A stretch of DNA of 64,000 nucleotides from Eledone cirrhosa (GCA_964016885.1 OZ024741.1:72602001-72666000); one strand, 5' to 3'. Positions 35,601 to 50,200 are shown, counted from the stretch's first letter. The notes: a model not told the origin generated them from the letters alone. Translations and numbers: made by a program.

Positions 35601-38600
35601 TGTTGTTGTTATTTAGTTGTTGTTGCTATTTAGTTTTTGTTTTTACTTTAGTTATTGTTGATAGTTTAGTTGTTGTTGACATTTAATTGTTGTTGTTACT
35701 TTAGTTGTTTTTGTTACTTTAGTTGTTATTGATAGTTTAGTTGTTGCTGTTATTTAGTTGTTGTTGTTACTTTAGTTGTTGTTGATAGTTTAGTTGTTGT
35801 TGTTACTTTAGTTGTTGTTGTTACTTTAGTTGTTGTTGTTACTTTAACTGTTGTTGATAGTTTAGTTGTTGTCACTTTAGTTGTTGTTGTTACTTTATTT
35901 GTTGTTGTTACTTTAGTTGTTGTTGTTACTTTAGTTGGTGTTGTTACTTTAGTTGTTGTTATTACTTTAGTTGTTGCCACTTTAGTTGTTGTTGATAGTT
36001 TAGTTGTTGTTGTTATTTAGTTGTTGTTACTTTAATTGTTGTTGATAGTTTAGTTGCTGTTGTTACTTTAGTTGTGGTTGTTACTTTAGTTGTTGTTGAT
36101 AGTTTAGTTGTTGTTGTTACTTTAATTGTTGTTGCTACTTTAGTTGTTGTTGTTACTTTAGTTGTTGTTGTTACTTTAGTTGGTGTTGTTACTTTAGTTG
36201 TTGTTGTTACTTTAGTTGTTGTCACTTTAGTTGTTGTTGATAGTTTAGTTGTTGTTGTTACTTTAGTTGTTGTTGTTACTTTAATTGTTTTTGATAGTTT
36301 AGTTGTTACTTTATTTGTTGTTGTTACTTTAATTGTTGTTGATAGTTTAGTTGTTGTTGTTACTTTAGTTGTTGTTGTTACTTTAGTTGGTGTTGTTACT
36401 TTAGTTGTTGTTGATAGTTTAGTTGTTGTTGATAGTTTAGTTGATATTGTTACTTTAGTTGTTGTTGTTACTTTAGTTGTTGTTGTTACTTTAGTTGTTG
36501 TTGTTACTTTAGTTGTTGTTACTTTAGTTGTTGTTGTTACTTTAGTTGTTTTTGTTACTTTAGTTGTTGTTGTTACTTTAGTTGTTGTTGATAGTTTAGT
36601 TGTTGTTGTTACTTTAGTTGTTGTTGATAGTTTAGTTGTTGTTGTTACTTTTTTTGTTGTTGTTACTTTATTTGTTGTTACTTTAGTTGTTGTTGTTACT
36701 TTAGTTGTTGTTACTTTAGTTGTTGTTGTTACTTTAGTTGTTGCTGATAGTTTAGTTGTTGTTACTTTAGTTGTTGCTGATAGTTTAGTTGTTGTTGTTA
36801 CTTTAGTTGTTTTTTACTTATGTTGTTGTTGATAGTTTAGCTGTTGTTGTCATTTAGTTGTTGTTGTTACTTAAGTTGTTGATGTTACTTTAGTTGTTGT
36901 TACTTTAGTTGTTGTTGATAGTGTAGTTGGTGTTGCTTTAGTTGTTGTTGATAGTTTAGTTGTTGTTGTTACTTTAGTTGTTGTTACTTTAGTTGTTGTT
37001 GTTACTTTAGTTGTTGTTACTTTAGTTGTTGTTGTTACTTTAATTGTTTTTGATACTTTAGTTGTTGTTGTTACTTTAGTTGTTGTTGATAGTTTAGTTG
37101 TTGTTGATAGTTCAGTTGTTGTTGTTACTTTAGTTATTGTTGTTACTTTAGTTGTTGTTGATAGTTTAGTTGTTGTTGTTACATTAGTTGTTGTTGTTAC
37201 TTTAGTTGTTGTTGTTACTTTAGTTGTTGTTGATAATTTAGTTGTTGTTGTTAGTTTAGTTGTTGTTGTTACTTTAGTTGTTGTTACTTTAGTTGGTGTT
37301 TTTACTTTAGTTATTGTTGATAGTTTAGTTGTTGTTACTTTAGTTGTTGATAGTTTAGTTGTTGTTGTTACTTTAGTTGTTGTTGTTACTTTAGTTGTTG
37401 TTGATAGTTTAGTTGTTGTTGTTACTTCAGTTGTTGTTGATAGTTTAGTTGTTGTTCTTACTCTTTTGTTGCTGTTACTTTAGTTGTTGTTACTTTAGTT
37501 GTTGTTACTATAGTTGTTGGTGTTACTTTAGTTGTTGTTGATAGTTTAGTTGTTGTTGTTACTTTAGTTGTTGTTGTTACATTAGTTGTTGTTGATAGTT
37601 TAGTTGTTGTTGTTACTTTAGTTGTTGTTGATAGTTTAGTTGCTGTTGTTATTTAGTTGTTGTTGTTATTTAGTTTTTGTTGTTACTTTAGTTATCGTTG
37701 ATAGTTTAGTTGTTGTTGACATTTAATTGTTGTTGTTACTTTAGTTGTTGTTGTTACTTTAGTTGTTGTTGATAGTTTAGTTGCTGTTGTTACTTTAGTT
37801 GTTGTTGTTAGTTTAGTTGTTGTTGTAACTTTAGTTGTTGTTGATAGTTTAGTTGTTGTTGTTACTTTAGTTGTTGTTGTTACTTTAGTTGTTGTTGTTA
37901 CTTTAGTTGTTGTTGTTACTTTAGTTGTTGTTGATAGTTTAGTTGTTGTTGTTACTTTAGTTGTTGTTGTTACTTTAGTTGTTGTTGTTACTTTAGTTGT
38001 TGTTACTTTAGTTGTTGTTATTACTTTAGTTGTTATAGTTACTTTAGTTGTTGATACTTTAGTTGTTGTTACTTTAGTTGTTGTTGATAGTTTAGTTGTT
38101 GTTGATAGTTCAGTTGTTGTTGTTACTTTAGTTGTTGTTGTTACTTTAGTTGTTGTTGATAGTTTAGTTGTTGTCGTTACTTTAGTTGTTGTTGTTACTT
38201 TAGTTGTTGTTGTTACTTTAGTTGTTGTTGTTACTTTAGTTGTTGTTGATAATTTAGTTGTTGTTGCTAATTTAGTTGTTGTTACTTTAGTTGTTGTTAC
38301 TTTAGTTGGTGTTGTTACTTTAGTTATTGTTGATTGTTTAGTTGTTGTTACTTTACTTGTTGTTGTTACTTTAGTTGTTGATAGTTTAGTTGTTGTTGTT
38401 ACTTTAGTTGTTGTTACTTTAGTTGTTGTTGATAGTTTAGTCGTTGTTACTTTAGTTGTTGTTGTTACTTTAGTTGTTTTTGTTACTTTAGTTGTTGTTG
38501 ATAGTTTAGTTGTTGTTGTTACTTTTTTGTTGCTGTTACTTTAGTTGTTGTTACTTTAGTTGTTGTTACTATAGTTGTTGTTGTTACTTTAGTTGTTGTT

Positions 38601-41600
38601 GATAGTTTAGTTGTTGTTGTTAATTTAGTTGTTGTTGTTACATTAGTTGTTGTTGATAGTTTAGTTGTTGTTGTTACTTTAGTTGTTGTTGATAGTTTAG
38701 TTGCTGTTGTTATTTAGTTGTTGTTGTTATTTAGTTGTTGTTGTTACTTTAGTTGTTGTTGATAGTTTAGTTGTTGTTGTTACTTTAGTTGTTGTCGTAG
38801 CTTTAGTTGTTGTTGTTACTTTAATTGTTGTTGATAGTTTAGTTGTTGTTGTTACTTTAGTTGTTGTTGTTACGTTAGTTGTTGTTGATAGTTTAGTTGT
38901 TGTTGTTATTTAGTTGTTGTTGCTATTTAGTTTTTGTTTTTACTTTAGTTATTGTTGATAGTTTAGTTGTTGTTGACATTTAATTGTTGTTGTTACTTTA
39001 GTTGTTTTTGTTACTTTAGTTGTTATTGATAGTTTAGTTGTTGCTGTTATTTAGTTGTTGTTGTTACTTTAGTTGTTGTTGATAGTTTAGTTGTTGTTGT
39101 TACTTTAGTTGTTGTTGTTACTTTAGTTGTTGTTGTTACTTTAACTGTTGTTGATAGTTTAGTTGTTGTCACTTTAGTTGTTGTTGTTACTTTATTTGTT
39201 GTTGTTACTTTAGTTGTTGTTGTTACTTTAGTTGGTGTTGTTACTTTAGTTGTTGTTATTACTTTAGTTGTTGCCACTTTAGTTGTTGTTGATAGTTTAG
39301 TTGTTGTTGTTATTTAGTTGTTGTTACTTTAATTGTTGTTGATAGTTTAGTTGCTGTTGTTACTTTAGTTGTGGTTGTTACTTTAGTTGTTGTTGATAGT
39401 TTAGTTGTTGTTGTTACTTTAATTGTTGTTGCTACTTTAGTTGTTGTTGTTACTTTAGTTGTTGTTGTTACTTTAGTTGGTGTTGTTACTTTAGTTGTTG
39501 TTGTTACTTTAGTTGTTGTCACTTTAGTTGTTGTTGATAGTTTAGTTGTTGTTGTTACTTTAGTTGTTGTTGTTACTTTAATTGTTTTTGATAGTTTAGT
39601 TGTTACTTTATTTGTTGTTGTTACTTTAATTGTTGTTGATAGTTTAGTTGTTGTTGTTACTTTAGTTGTTGTTGTTACTTTAGTTGGTGTTGTTACTTTA
39701 GTTGTTGTTGATAGTTTAGTTGTTGTTGATAGTTTAGTTGATATTGTTACTTTAGTTGTTGTTGTTACTTTAGTTGTTGTTGTTACTTTAGTTGTTGTTG
39801 TTACTTTAGTTGTTGTTACTTTAGTTGTTGTTGTTACTTTAGTTGTTTTTGTTACTTTAGTTGTTGTTGTTACTTTAGTTGTTGTTGATAGTTTAGTTGT
39901 TGTTGTTACTTTAGTTGTTGTTGATAGTTTAGTTGTTGTTGTTACTTTTTTTGTTGTTGTTACTTTATTTGTTGTTACTTTAGTTGTTGTTGTTACTTTA
40001 GTTGTTGTTACTTTAGTTGTTGTTGTTACTTTAGTTGTTGCTGATAGTTTAGTTGTTGTTACTTTAGTTGTTGCTGATAGTTTAGTTGTTGTTGTTACTT
40101 TAGTTGTTTTTTACTTATGTTGTTGTTGATAGTTTAGCTGTTGTTGTCATTTAGTTGTTGTTGTTACTTAAGTTGTTGATGTTACTTTAGTTGTTGTTAC
40201 TTTAGTTGTTGTTGATAGTGTAGTTGGTGTTGCTTTAGTTGTTGTTGATAGTTTAGTTGTTGTTGTTACTTTAGTTGTTGTTACTTTAGTTGTTGTTGTT
40301 ACTTTAGTTGTTGTTACTTTAGTTGTTGTTGTTACTTTAATTGTTTTTGATACTTTAGTTGTTGTTGTTACTTTAGTTGTTGTTGATAGTTTAGTTGTTG
40401 TTGATAGTTCAGTTGTTGTTGTTACTTTAGTTATTGTTGTTACTTTAGTTGTTGTTGATAGTTTAGTTGTTGTTGTTACATTAGTTGTTGTTGTTACTTT
40501 AGTTGTTGTTGTTACTTTAGTTGTTGTTGATAATTTAGTTGTTGTTGTTAGTTTAGTTGTTGTTGTTACTTTAGTTGTTGTTACTTTAGTTGGTGTTTTT
40601 ACTTTAGTTATTGTTGATAGTTTAGTTGTTGTTACTTTAGTTGTTGATAGTTTAGTTGTTGTTGTTACTTTAGTTGTTGTTGTTACTTTAGTTGTTGTTG
40701 ATAGTTTAGTTGTTGTTGTTACTTCAGTTGTTGTTGATAGTTTAGTTGTTGTTCTTACTCTTTTGTTGCTGTTACTTTAGTTGTTGTTACTTTAGTTGTT
40801 GTTACTATAGTTGTTGGTGTTACTTTAGTTGTTGTTGATAGTTTAGTTGTTGTTGTTACTTTAGTTGTTGTTGTTACATTAGTTGTTGTTGATAGTTTAG
40901 TTGTTGTTGTTACTTTAGTTGTTGTTGATAGTTTAGTTGCTGTTGTTATTTAGTTGTTGTTGTTATTTAGTTTTTGTTGTTACTTTAGTTATCGTTGATA
41001 GTTTAGTTGTTGTTGACATTTAATTGTTGTTGTTACTTTAGTTGTTGTTGTTACTTTAGTTGTTGTTGATAGTTTAGTTGCTGTTGTTACTTTAGTTGTT
41101 GTTGTTAGTTTAGTTGTTGTTGTAACTTTAGTTGTTGTTGATAGTTTAGTTGTTGTTGTTACTTTAGTTGTTGTTGTTACTTTAGTTGTTGTTGTTACTT
41201 TAGTTGTTGTTGTTACTTTAGTTGTTGTTGATAGTTTAGTTGTTGTTGTTACTTTAGTTGTTGTTGTTACTTTAGTTGTTGTTGTTACTTTAGTTGTTGT
41301 TACTTTAGTTGTTGTTATTACTTTAGTTGTTATAGTTACTTTAGTTGTTGATACTTTAGTTGTTGTTACTTTAGTTGTTGTTGATAGTTTAGTTGTTGTT
41401 GATAGTTCAGTTGTTGTTGTTACTTTAGTTGTTGTTGTTACTTTAGTTGTTGTTGATAGTTTAGTTGTTGTCGTTACTTTAGTTGTTGTTGTTACTTTAG
41501 TTGTTGTTGTTACTTTAGTTGTTGTTGTTACTTTAGTTGTTGTTGATAATTTAGTTGTTGTTGTTAATTTAGTTGTTGTTACTTTAGTTGTTGTTACTTT

Positions 41601-41710
41601 AGTTGGTGTTGTTACTTTAGTTATTGTTGATTGTTTAGTTGTTGTTACTTTACTTGTTGTTGTTACTTTAGTTGTTGATAGTTTAGTTGTTGTTGTTACT
41701 TTAGTTGTTG
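32690..41710. repeat. Higher-order repeat, period 3297 bp (about 2.7 copies; first copy more diverged)
   Basis: Identical track ORFs 35404/38701, 35750/39047, 36013/39310 and 36074/39371 (offset 3297). GTTATAGTT marker (ATA) at 34738, 38035 and 41332; GATATTG at 33314, 36443 and 39740. Confidence 0.93.
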
Positions 41711-44700
41711 TTGATAGTTTAATTGTTGTTGTTACTTTAGTTGTTGTTACTTTAGTTGTTGTTGATAGTTTAGTCGTTGTTACTTTAGTTGTTGTTGTTA
41801 CTTTAGTTGTTTTTGTTACTTTAGTTGTTGTTGATAGTTTAGTTGTTGTTGTTACTTTTTTGTTGCTGTTACTTTAGTTGTTGTTACTTTAGTTGTTGTT
41901 ACTATAGTTGTTGTTGTTACTTTAGTTGTTGTTACTATAGTTGTTGTTGTTAATTTAGTTGTTGTTGTTACATTAGTTGTTGTTGATAGTTTAGTTGTTG
42001 TTGTTACTTTAGTTGTTGTTGATAGTTTAGTTGCTGTTGTTATTTAGTTGTTGTTGTTATTTAGTTTTTGTTGTCACTTTATTTGTTGTTGTTACTTTAG
42101 TTGTTATTGATAGTTTAGTTGTTGTTGTTATTTAGTTGTTGTTGTTACTTTAGTTGTTGTTGATAGTTTAGTTGTTGTTGTTACTTTAGTTGTTGTCGTA
42201 GCTTTAGTTGTTGTTGTTACTTTAATTGTTGTTGATAGTTTAGTTGTTGTTGTTACTTTAGTTGTTGTTGTTACGTTAGTTGTTGTTGATAGTTTAGTTG
42301 TTGTTGTTATTTAGTTGTTGTTGCTATTTAGTTTTTGTTGTTACTTTAGTTATTGTTGATAGTTTAGTTGTTGTTGTTACTTTAGTTGTTGTTGTTACTT
42401 TAGTTGTTGTTGTTACTTTAATTGTTGTTGATAGCTTAGTTGTTGTTACTTTAGTTGTTGTTGTTACTTTAGTTGTTGTTGATAGTTTAGTCGTTGTTAC
42501 TTTTGTTGTTGTTGTTATTTAATTGTTGTTGATACTTTAGCTGTTGTTACTTTAGTTGTTGTTGTTACTTAATTGGTGTTGTTACTTTAGTTGTTGTTGA
42601 TAGTTTAGTTGTTGTGGTTACTTTAGTTGTTGTTGTTACTTTATTAGTTGTTGTTACTTTAGTTGTTGTTGATAGTTTAGTTGTTGTTGTTACTTTAGTT
42701 GTTGTTGATAGTTTAGTTGTTGATGTTACCTTTTTGGTGTTGTTACTTTAGTTGTTGTTACTTTAGTTGTTGTTGATAGTTTAGTTGTTGTTGTTACTTT
42801 AGTTGTTGTTGATAGTTTAGTTGTTGTTGTTCCTTTTTTTGTTGTTGTTACTTTAGTTGTTGTTACTTTAGTTGTTGTTCTTACTTTATTTGTTCTTGTT
42901 ACTTTAGTTGTTGTTACTTTAGTTGTTGTTGTATTTTAGTTGTTGCTGATAGTTTAGTTGTTGTTGTTACTTTAGTTGTTGTTTCTTTAGTTGTTGTTGT
43001 ATTTTAGTTGTTGTTGATAGTTTAGCTGTTGTTGTCATTTTGTTGTTGTTGTTACTTTAGTTGTTGATGTTCCTTTAATTGTTGTTGATAGTTTAGTTGT
43101 TGTTGTTGCTTTAGTTGTTGTTGTTACTTTAGTTGTTGTTGATAGTTTAGTTGTTGTTGCTTTAGTTGTTGATGATAGTTTAGATGTTGTTGTTACTTTA
43201 GTTGTTGTTACTTTAGTTGTTGTTACTTTAGTTGTTGTTGTTACTTTAGTTGTTGTTACTTTAGTTGTCGTTGTTACTTTAGTTGTTGTTGATACTTTAG
43301 TTGCTGTTGTTACTTTACTTGTTGTTAGTTTAGATGTTGTTGATAGTTTAGTTGTTGTTGCTTTAGTAGTTGTTGATAGTTTAGTTCTTGTTGTTACTTT
43401 AGTTGTTGTTACTTTAGTTGTTGTTGTCACTTTTGTTGTTGTTACTTTAGTTGTTGTTACTTTAGTTGTTGTTGTTACTTTAGTTGTTGTTGTTGTTACT
43501 TTAGTTGTTGTTGATACTTAAGTTGTTGTTGTTCCTTTAGTTGTTGTTGATAGTTTTGTTGTTGTTGATAGTTTATTTGTTGTTACTTTAGTTGTTGCTA
43601 CTTTAGTTGTTGTTGTTACTTTAGTTGCTGTTGTTGCTTTAGTTGTTTTTGATAGTTTAGTTGTTGTTGTTACGTTAGTTGTTGTTACTTCAGTAGTTGT
43701 TGATAGTTTAGTTGTTGCTGATAGTTTATTTGTTGTTGTTACTTTAGTTGTTTTTACTTATGTTGTTGTTGATAGTTTAGCTGTTGCTGTCATTTAGTTG
43801 TTGTTGTTACTTAAGTTGTTGATGTTACTTTAGTTGTTGTTACTTTAGTTGTTGTTGATAGTTTAGTTGTTGTTGCTTTAGTTGTTGTTTATAGTTTAGT
43901 TGTTGTTGTTACTTTAGTTTTTGTTACTTTAGTTGTTGTTGTTACTTTAGTTGTTGTTACTTTAGTTGTTGTTGTTACTTTAGTTGTTGTTGATACTTTA
44001 GTTGTTGTTGTTACTTTAGTTGTTGTTGTTAGTCTAGTTGTTGTTGATAGATTAGTTGTTGTTGACAGTTTAGTTGTTGTTGTTACTTTAGTTGTTGTTG
44101 TTACTTTAGTTGTTGTTGATAGTTTAGTTGTTGTTGTTACTTTAGTTGTTGTTATTTTAGTTGTTGTTACTTTAGTTGTTGTTACTTTAGTTGTTGTTAC
44201 TTTAGTTGTTGTTGTTACTTTAGTTGTTGTTCTTACTTCAGTTGCTGTTGATAGTTTAGTTGTTGTTGATAGTTTAGTTGTTGTTGTTACTTTAGTTGTT
44301 GTTGTTACTTTAGTTGTTGTTACTTTAGTTGTTGTTGTTACTTTAGTTGTTGTTGTTACTTCAGTTGTTGTTGATAGTTTAGTTGTTGTTGATAGTTTAG
44401 TTGTTGTTGTTACTTTAATTGTTGTTGTTACTTTAGTTGTTGTTACTTTAGTTGTTGTTGTTACTTTAGTTGTTGTTGATACTTTAGTTGTTGTTGTTAC
44501 TTTAGTTGTTGTTGTTACTTTAGTTGTTGTTACTTTAGTTGTTGTTACTTTAGTTGTTGTTGATAGTTTAGTTGTTGTCACTTTAGTTGTTGTTGTTACT
44601 TTAGTTGTTGTTGATAGTTTAGTTGTTGTTGTTACTTTAGTTGTTGTTGTTACTTTAGTTGTTGTTACTTTAGTTGTTGTTGTTACTTTAGTTGTTGTTG

Positions 44701-47249
44701 ATACTTTAGTTGTTGTTGTTACTTTAGTTGTTGTTGTTAGTTTAGTTGTTGTTGATAGACTAGTTGTTGTTGACAGTTTAGTTGTTGTTGTTACTTTAGT
44801 TGTTGTTACTTTAGTTGTTGTTGATAGTTTAGTTGTTGTTGTTACTTTAGTTGTTGTTACTTTAGTTGTTGTTGTTACTTTAGTTGTTGTTACTTTAGTT
44901 GTTGTTGATAGTTTAGTTGTTGTTGTTACTTTAGTTGTTGTTGTTACTTTAATTGTTGTTGATAGTTTAGTTGCTGTTGTTACTTTAGTTGTTGTTGTTA
45001 CTTTAGTTGTTGTTGATAGTTTAGTTGTTGTTGTCACTTTAGTTGTTGTTGTTACTTTAATTGTTGTTGATAGTTTAGTTGTTACTTTAGTTGTTGTTGT
45101 TACTTTAGTTGTCCTTGATAGTTTAGTTGTTGTTGTTACTTTAGTTGTTGTTGTTACTTTAGTTGGTGTTGTTACTTTAGTTGTTGTTGTATTTTAGTTG
45201 TTGCTGATAGTTTAGTTGTTGTTGTTACTTTAGTTGTTGTTACTTTAGTTGTTGTTGTATTTTAGTTGTTGTTGATAGTTTAGCTGTTGTTGTCATTTTG
45301 TTGTTGTTGTTACTTTAGTTGTTGATGTTCCTTTAGTTGTTGTTGATAGTTTAGTTGTTGTTGCTTTAGTTGTTGTTGATAGTTTCGATGTTGTTGTTAC
45401 TTTAGTTGTTGTTGATAGTTTAGTTGCTTTAGTTGTTGTTGATAGTTTAGATGTTGTTGTTACTTTAGTTGTTGTTAATTTAGTTGTTGTTACTTTAGTT
45501 GTTGTTGTTACTTTAGTTGTTGTTACTTTAGTTGTCGTTGTTACTTTATTTGTTGTTGATACTTTAGTTGCTGTTGTTACTTTACTTGTTGTTAGTTTAG
45601 ATGTTGTTGATAGTTTAGTTGTTGTTGCTTTAGTTGTTGTTGATAGTTTAGTTGTTGTTGTTACTTTAGTTGTTGTTATTTTAGTTGTTGTTACTTTAGT
45701 TGTTGTTACTTTAGTTGTTGTTACTTTAGTTGTTGTTGTTACTTTAGTTGCTGTTGTTACTTTAGTTGTTGTTGATAGTTTAGTTGTTGTTGTTACTTTA
45801 GTTGTTGTTACTTTAGTTGTTGTTGATAGTTTAGTTGTTGTTGTTACTTTAGTTGTTGTTGATAGTTTAGTTGTTGTTGTTACTTTAGTTGTTGTTGTTA
45901 CTTTAGTTGTTGTTGATACTTTAGTTGTTGTTGTTACTTTAGTTGTCGTTGTTACTTTAGTTGGTGTTGTTACTTTAGTTGTTGTTGTTACTTTAGTTGT
46001 TGTCACATTAGTTGTTGTTGATAGTTTAGTTGTTGTTGTTATTTAGTTGTTGTTGTTACTTTAATTGTTGTTGATAGTTTAGTTGCTGTTGTTACTTTAG
46101 TTGTTGTTGTTACTTTAGTTGTTGTTGATTGTTGAGTTGTTGTTGTTACTTTAGTTGTTGTTGATAGTTTAGTTGTTGTTGTTATTTAGTTGTTGTTGTG
46201 TCTTTAGTTGTTGCTGATAGTTTAGTTGTTGTTAGTTTAGTTGTTCTTGAAAGATTAGTTGTTGTTGATTGTTTAGTTGTTGTTGTTACTTTAGTTGTTG
46301 TTGTTACTTTAGTTGTTGTTGTTACTTTAATTGTTGTTGATAGCTTAGTTGTTGTTACTTTAGTTGTTGTTGTTACTTTAGTTGTTGTTGACAGTTTAGT
46401 CGTTGTTACTTTTGTTGTTGTTGTTATTTAATTGTTGTTGATACTTTAGCTGTTGTTACTTTAGTTGTTGTTGTTACTTAATTGGTGTTGTTACTTTAGT
46501 TGTTGTTGATAGTTTAGTTGTTGTGGTTACTTTAGTTGTTGTTGTTACTTTATTAGTTGTTGTTACTTTAGTTGTTGTTGATAGTTTAGTTGTTGTTGTT
46601 ACTTTAGTTGTTGTTGATAGTTTAGTTGTTGATGTTACCTTTTTGGTGTTGTTACTTTAGTTGTTGTTACTTTAGTTGTTGTTGATAGTTTAGTTGTTGT
46701 TGTTACTTTAGTTGTTGTTGATAGTTTAGTTGTTGTTGTTCCTTTTTTTGTTGTTGTTACTTTAGTTGTTGTTACTTTAGTTGTTGTTGTTACTTTATTT
46801 GTTCTTGTTACTTTAGTTGTTGTTACTTTAGTTGTTGTTGTATTTTAGTTGTTGCTGATAGTTTAGTTGTTGTTGTTACTTTAGTTGTTGTTTCTTTAGT
46901 TGTTGTTGTATTTTAGTTGTTGTTGATAGTTTAGCTGTTGTTGTCATTTTGTTGTTGTTGTTACTTTAGTTGTTGTTACTTTAGTTGTTGTTGATAGTTT
47001 AGTTGTTGTTGTTACTTTAGTTGTTGTTATTTTAGTTGTTGTTGTTACTTTAGTTGTTGTTACTTTAGTTGTTGTTGATAGTTTAGTTGTTGTTGTTACT
47101 TTAGTTGTTGTTGTTACTTTAATTGTTGTTGATAGTTTAGTTGCTGTTGTTACTTTAGTTGTTGTTGTTACTTTAGTTGTTGTTGATAGTTTAGTTGTTG
47201 TTGTTACTTTAGTTGTTGTTGTTACTTTAATTGTTGTTGATAGTTTAGT

Positions 47250-50200
47250 TGTTACTTTAGTTGTTGTTGTTACTTTAGTTGTCGTTGATAGTTTAGTTGT
47301 TGTTGTTACTTTAGTTGTTGTTGTTACTTTAGTTGGTGTTGTTACTTTAGTTGTTGTTGTTACTTTAGTTGTTGTTGTTGTTTTAGTTGTTGTTGTTACT
47401 TTAGTTGTTGTTGTTACTTTAGTTGTTGTTACTTTAGTTGTTGTTCTTACTTTATTTGTTGTTGTTACTTTAGTTGTTGTTACTTTAGTTGTTGTTGTAT
47501 TTTAGTTGTTGCTGATAGTTTAGTTGTTGTTGTTACTTTAGTTGTTGTTACTTTAGTTGTTGTTGTATTTTAGTTGTTGTTGATAGTTTAGCTGTTGTTG
47601 TCATTTTGTTGTTGTTGTTACTTTAGTTGTTGATGTTCCTTTAGTTGTTGTTGATAGTTTAGTTGTTGTTGCTTTAGTTGTTGTTGATAGTTTCGATGTT
47701 GTTGTTACTTTAGTTGTTGTTGATAGTTTAGTTGCTTTAGTTGTTGTTGATAGTTTAGATGTTGTTGTTACTTTAGTTGTTGTTAATTTAGTTGTTGTTA
47801 CTTTAGTTGTTGTTGTTACTTTAGTTGTTGTTACTTTAGTTGTCGTTGTTACTTTATTTGTTGTTGATACTTTAGTTGCTGTTGTTACTATACTTGTTGT
47901 TAGTTTAGATGTTGTTGATAGTTTAGTTGTTGTTACTTTAGTTGTTGTTGATAGTTTAGTTGTTGTTGTTACTTTAGTTGTTGTTGTTACTTTAGTTGTT
48001 GTTGATACTTTAGTTGTTGTTGTTACTTTAGTTGTTGTTGTTACTTTAGTTGGTGTTGTTACTTTAGTTGTTGTTGTTACTTTAGTTGTTGTCACATTAG
48101 TTGTTGTTGATAGTTTAGTTGTTGTTGTTATTTAGTTGTTGTTGTTACTTTAATTGTTGTTGATAGTTTAGTTGCCGTTGTTACCTTAATTGTTGTTGAT
48201 AGTTTAGTTGTTGTTGTTACTTTAGTTGTTGTTGTTACTTTAGTTGTTGTTGATTGTTTAGTTGTTGTTGTTACTTTAGTTGTTGTTGATAGTTTAGTTG
48301 TTGTTGTTATTTAGTTGTTGTTGTGTATTTAGTTGTTGCTGATAGTTTAGTTGTTGTTAGTTTAGTTGTTTTTGTTAGTTTAGTTGTTCTTGAAAGATTA
48401 GTTGTTGTTGATAGTTTAGTTGTTGTTGTTACTTTAGTTGTTGTTGTTACTTTAGTTGTTGTTGTTACTTTAATTGTTGTTGATAGCTTAGTTGTTGTTA
48501 CTTTAGTTGTTGTTGTTACTTTAGTTGTTGTTGATAGTTTAGTCGTTGTTACTTTTGTTGTTGTTGTTATTTAATTGTTGTTGATACTTTAGCTGTTGTT
48601 ACTTTAGTTGTTGTTGTTACTTAATTGGTGTTGTTACTTTAGTTGCTGTTGATAGTTTAGTTGTTGTGGTTACTTTAGTTGTTGTTGTTACTTTATTAGT
48701 TGTTGTTACTTTAGTTGTTGTTGATAGTTTAGTTGTTGTTGTTACTTTAGTTGTTGTTGATAGTTTAGTTGTTGATGTTACCTTTTTGGTGTTGTTACTT
48801 TAGTTGTTGTTACTTTAGTTGTTGTTGATAGTTTAGTTGTTGTTGTTACTTTAGTTGTTGTTGATAGTTTAGTTGTTGTTGTTCCATTTTTTGTTGTTGT
48901 TACTTTAGTTGTTGTTACTTTAGTTGTTGTTCTTACTTTATTTGTTCTTGTTACTTTAGTTGTTGTTACTTTAGTTGTTGTTGTATTTTAGTTGTTGCTG
49001 AGAGTTTAGTTGTTGTTGTTGCTTTAGTTGTTGTTTCTTTAGTTGTTGTTGTATTTTAGTTGTTGTTGATAGTTTAGCTGTTGTTGTCATTTTGTTGTTG
49101 TTGTTACTTTAGTTGTTGATGTTCCTTTAATTGTTGTTGATAGTTTAGTTGTTGTTGTTGCTTTAGTTGTTGTTGTTACTTTAGTTGTTGTTGATAGTTT
49201 AGTTGTTGTTGCTTTAGTTGTTGATGATAGTTTAGATGTTGTTGTTACTTTAGTTGTTGTTACTTTAGTTGTTGTTACTTTAGTTGTTGTTGTTACTTTA
49301 GTTGTTGTTACTTTAGTTGTCGTTGTTACTTTAGTTGTTGTTGATACTTTAGTTGGTGTTGTTACTTTACTTGTTGTTAGTTTAGATGTTGTTGATAGTT
49401 TAGTTGTTGTTGCTTTAGTAGTTGTTGATAGTTTAGTTGTTGTTGTTACTTTAGTTGTTGTTACTTTAGTTGTTGTTGTCACTTTTGTTGTTGTTACTTT
49501 AGTTGTTGTTACTTTAGTTGTTGATGTTACTTTATTTGTTGTTGTTGTTACTTTAGTTGTTGTTGATACTTAAGTTGTTGTTGTTCCTTTAGTTGTTGTT
49601 GATAGTTTTGTTGTTGTTGATAGTTTATTTGTTGTTACTTTAGTTGTTGCTACTTTAGTTGTTGTTGTTACTTTAGTTGCTGTTGTTGCTTTAGTTGTTT
49701 TTGATAGTTTAGTTGTTGTTGTTACTTTAGTTGTTGTTACTTATGTTGTTGTTGATAGTTTAGCTGTTGCTGTCATTTAGTTGTTGTTGTTACTTAAGTT
49801 GTTGATGTTACTTTAGTTGTTGTTACTTTAGTTGTTGTTGATAGTTTAGTTGTTGTTGCTTTAGTTGTTGTTTATAGTTTAGTTGTTGTTGTTACTTTAG
49901 TTTTTGTTACTTTAGTTGTTGTTGTTACTTTAGTTGTTGTTACTTTAGTTGTTGTTGTTACTTTAGTTGTTGTTGATACTTTAGTTGTTGTTGTTACTTT
50001 AGTTGTTGTTGTTAGTCTAGTTGTTGTTGATAGATTAGTTGTTGTTGACAGTTTAGTTGTTGTTACTTTAGTTGTTGTTGTTACTTTAGTTGTTGTTACT
50101 TTAGTTGTTGTTGTTACTTTAGTTGTTGTTACTTTAGTTGTTGTTGATAGTTTAGTTGTTGTTGTTACTTTAGTCGTTGTTGTTACTTTAGTTGTTGTTG

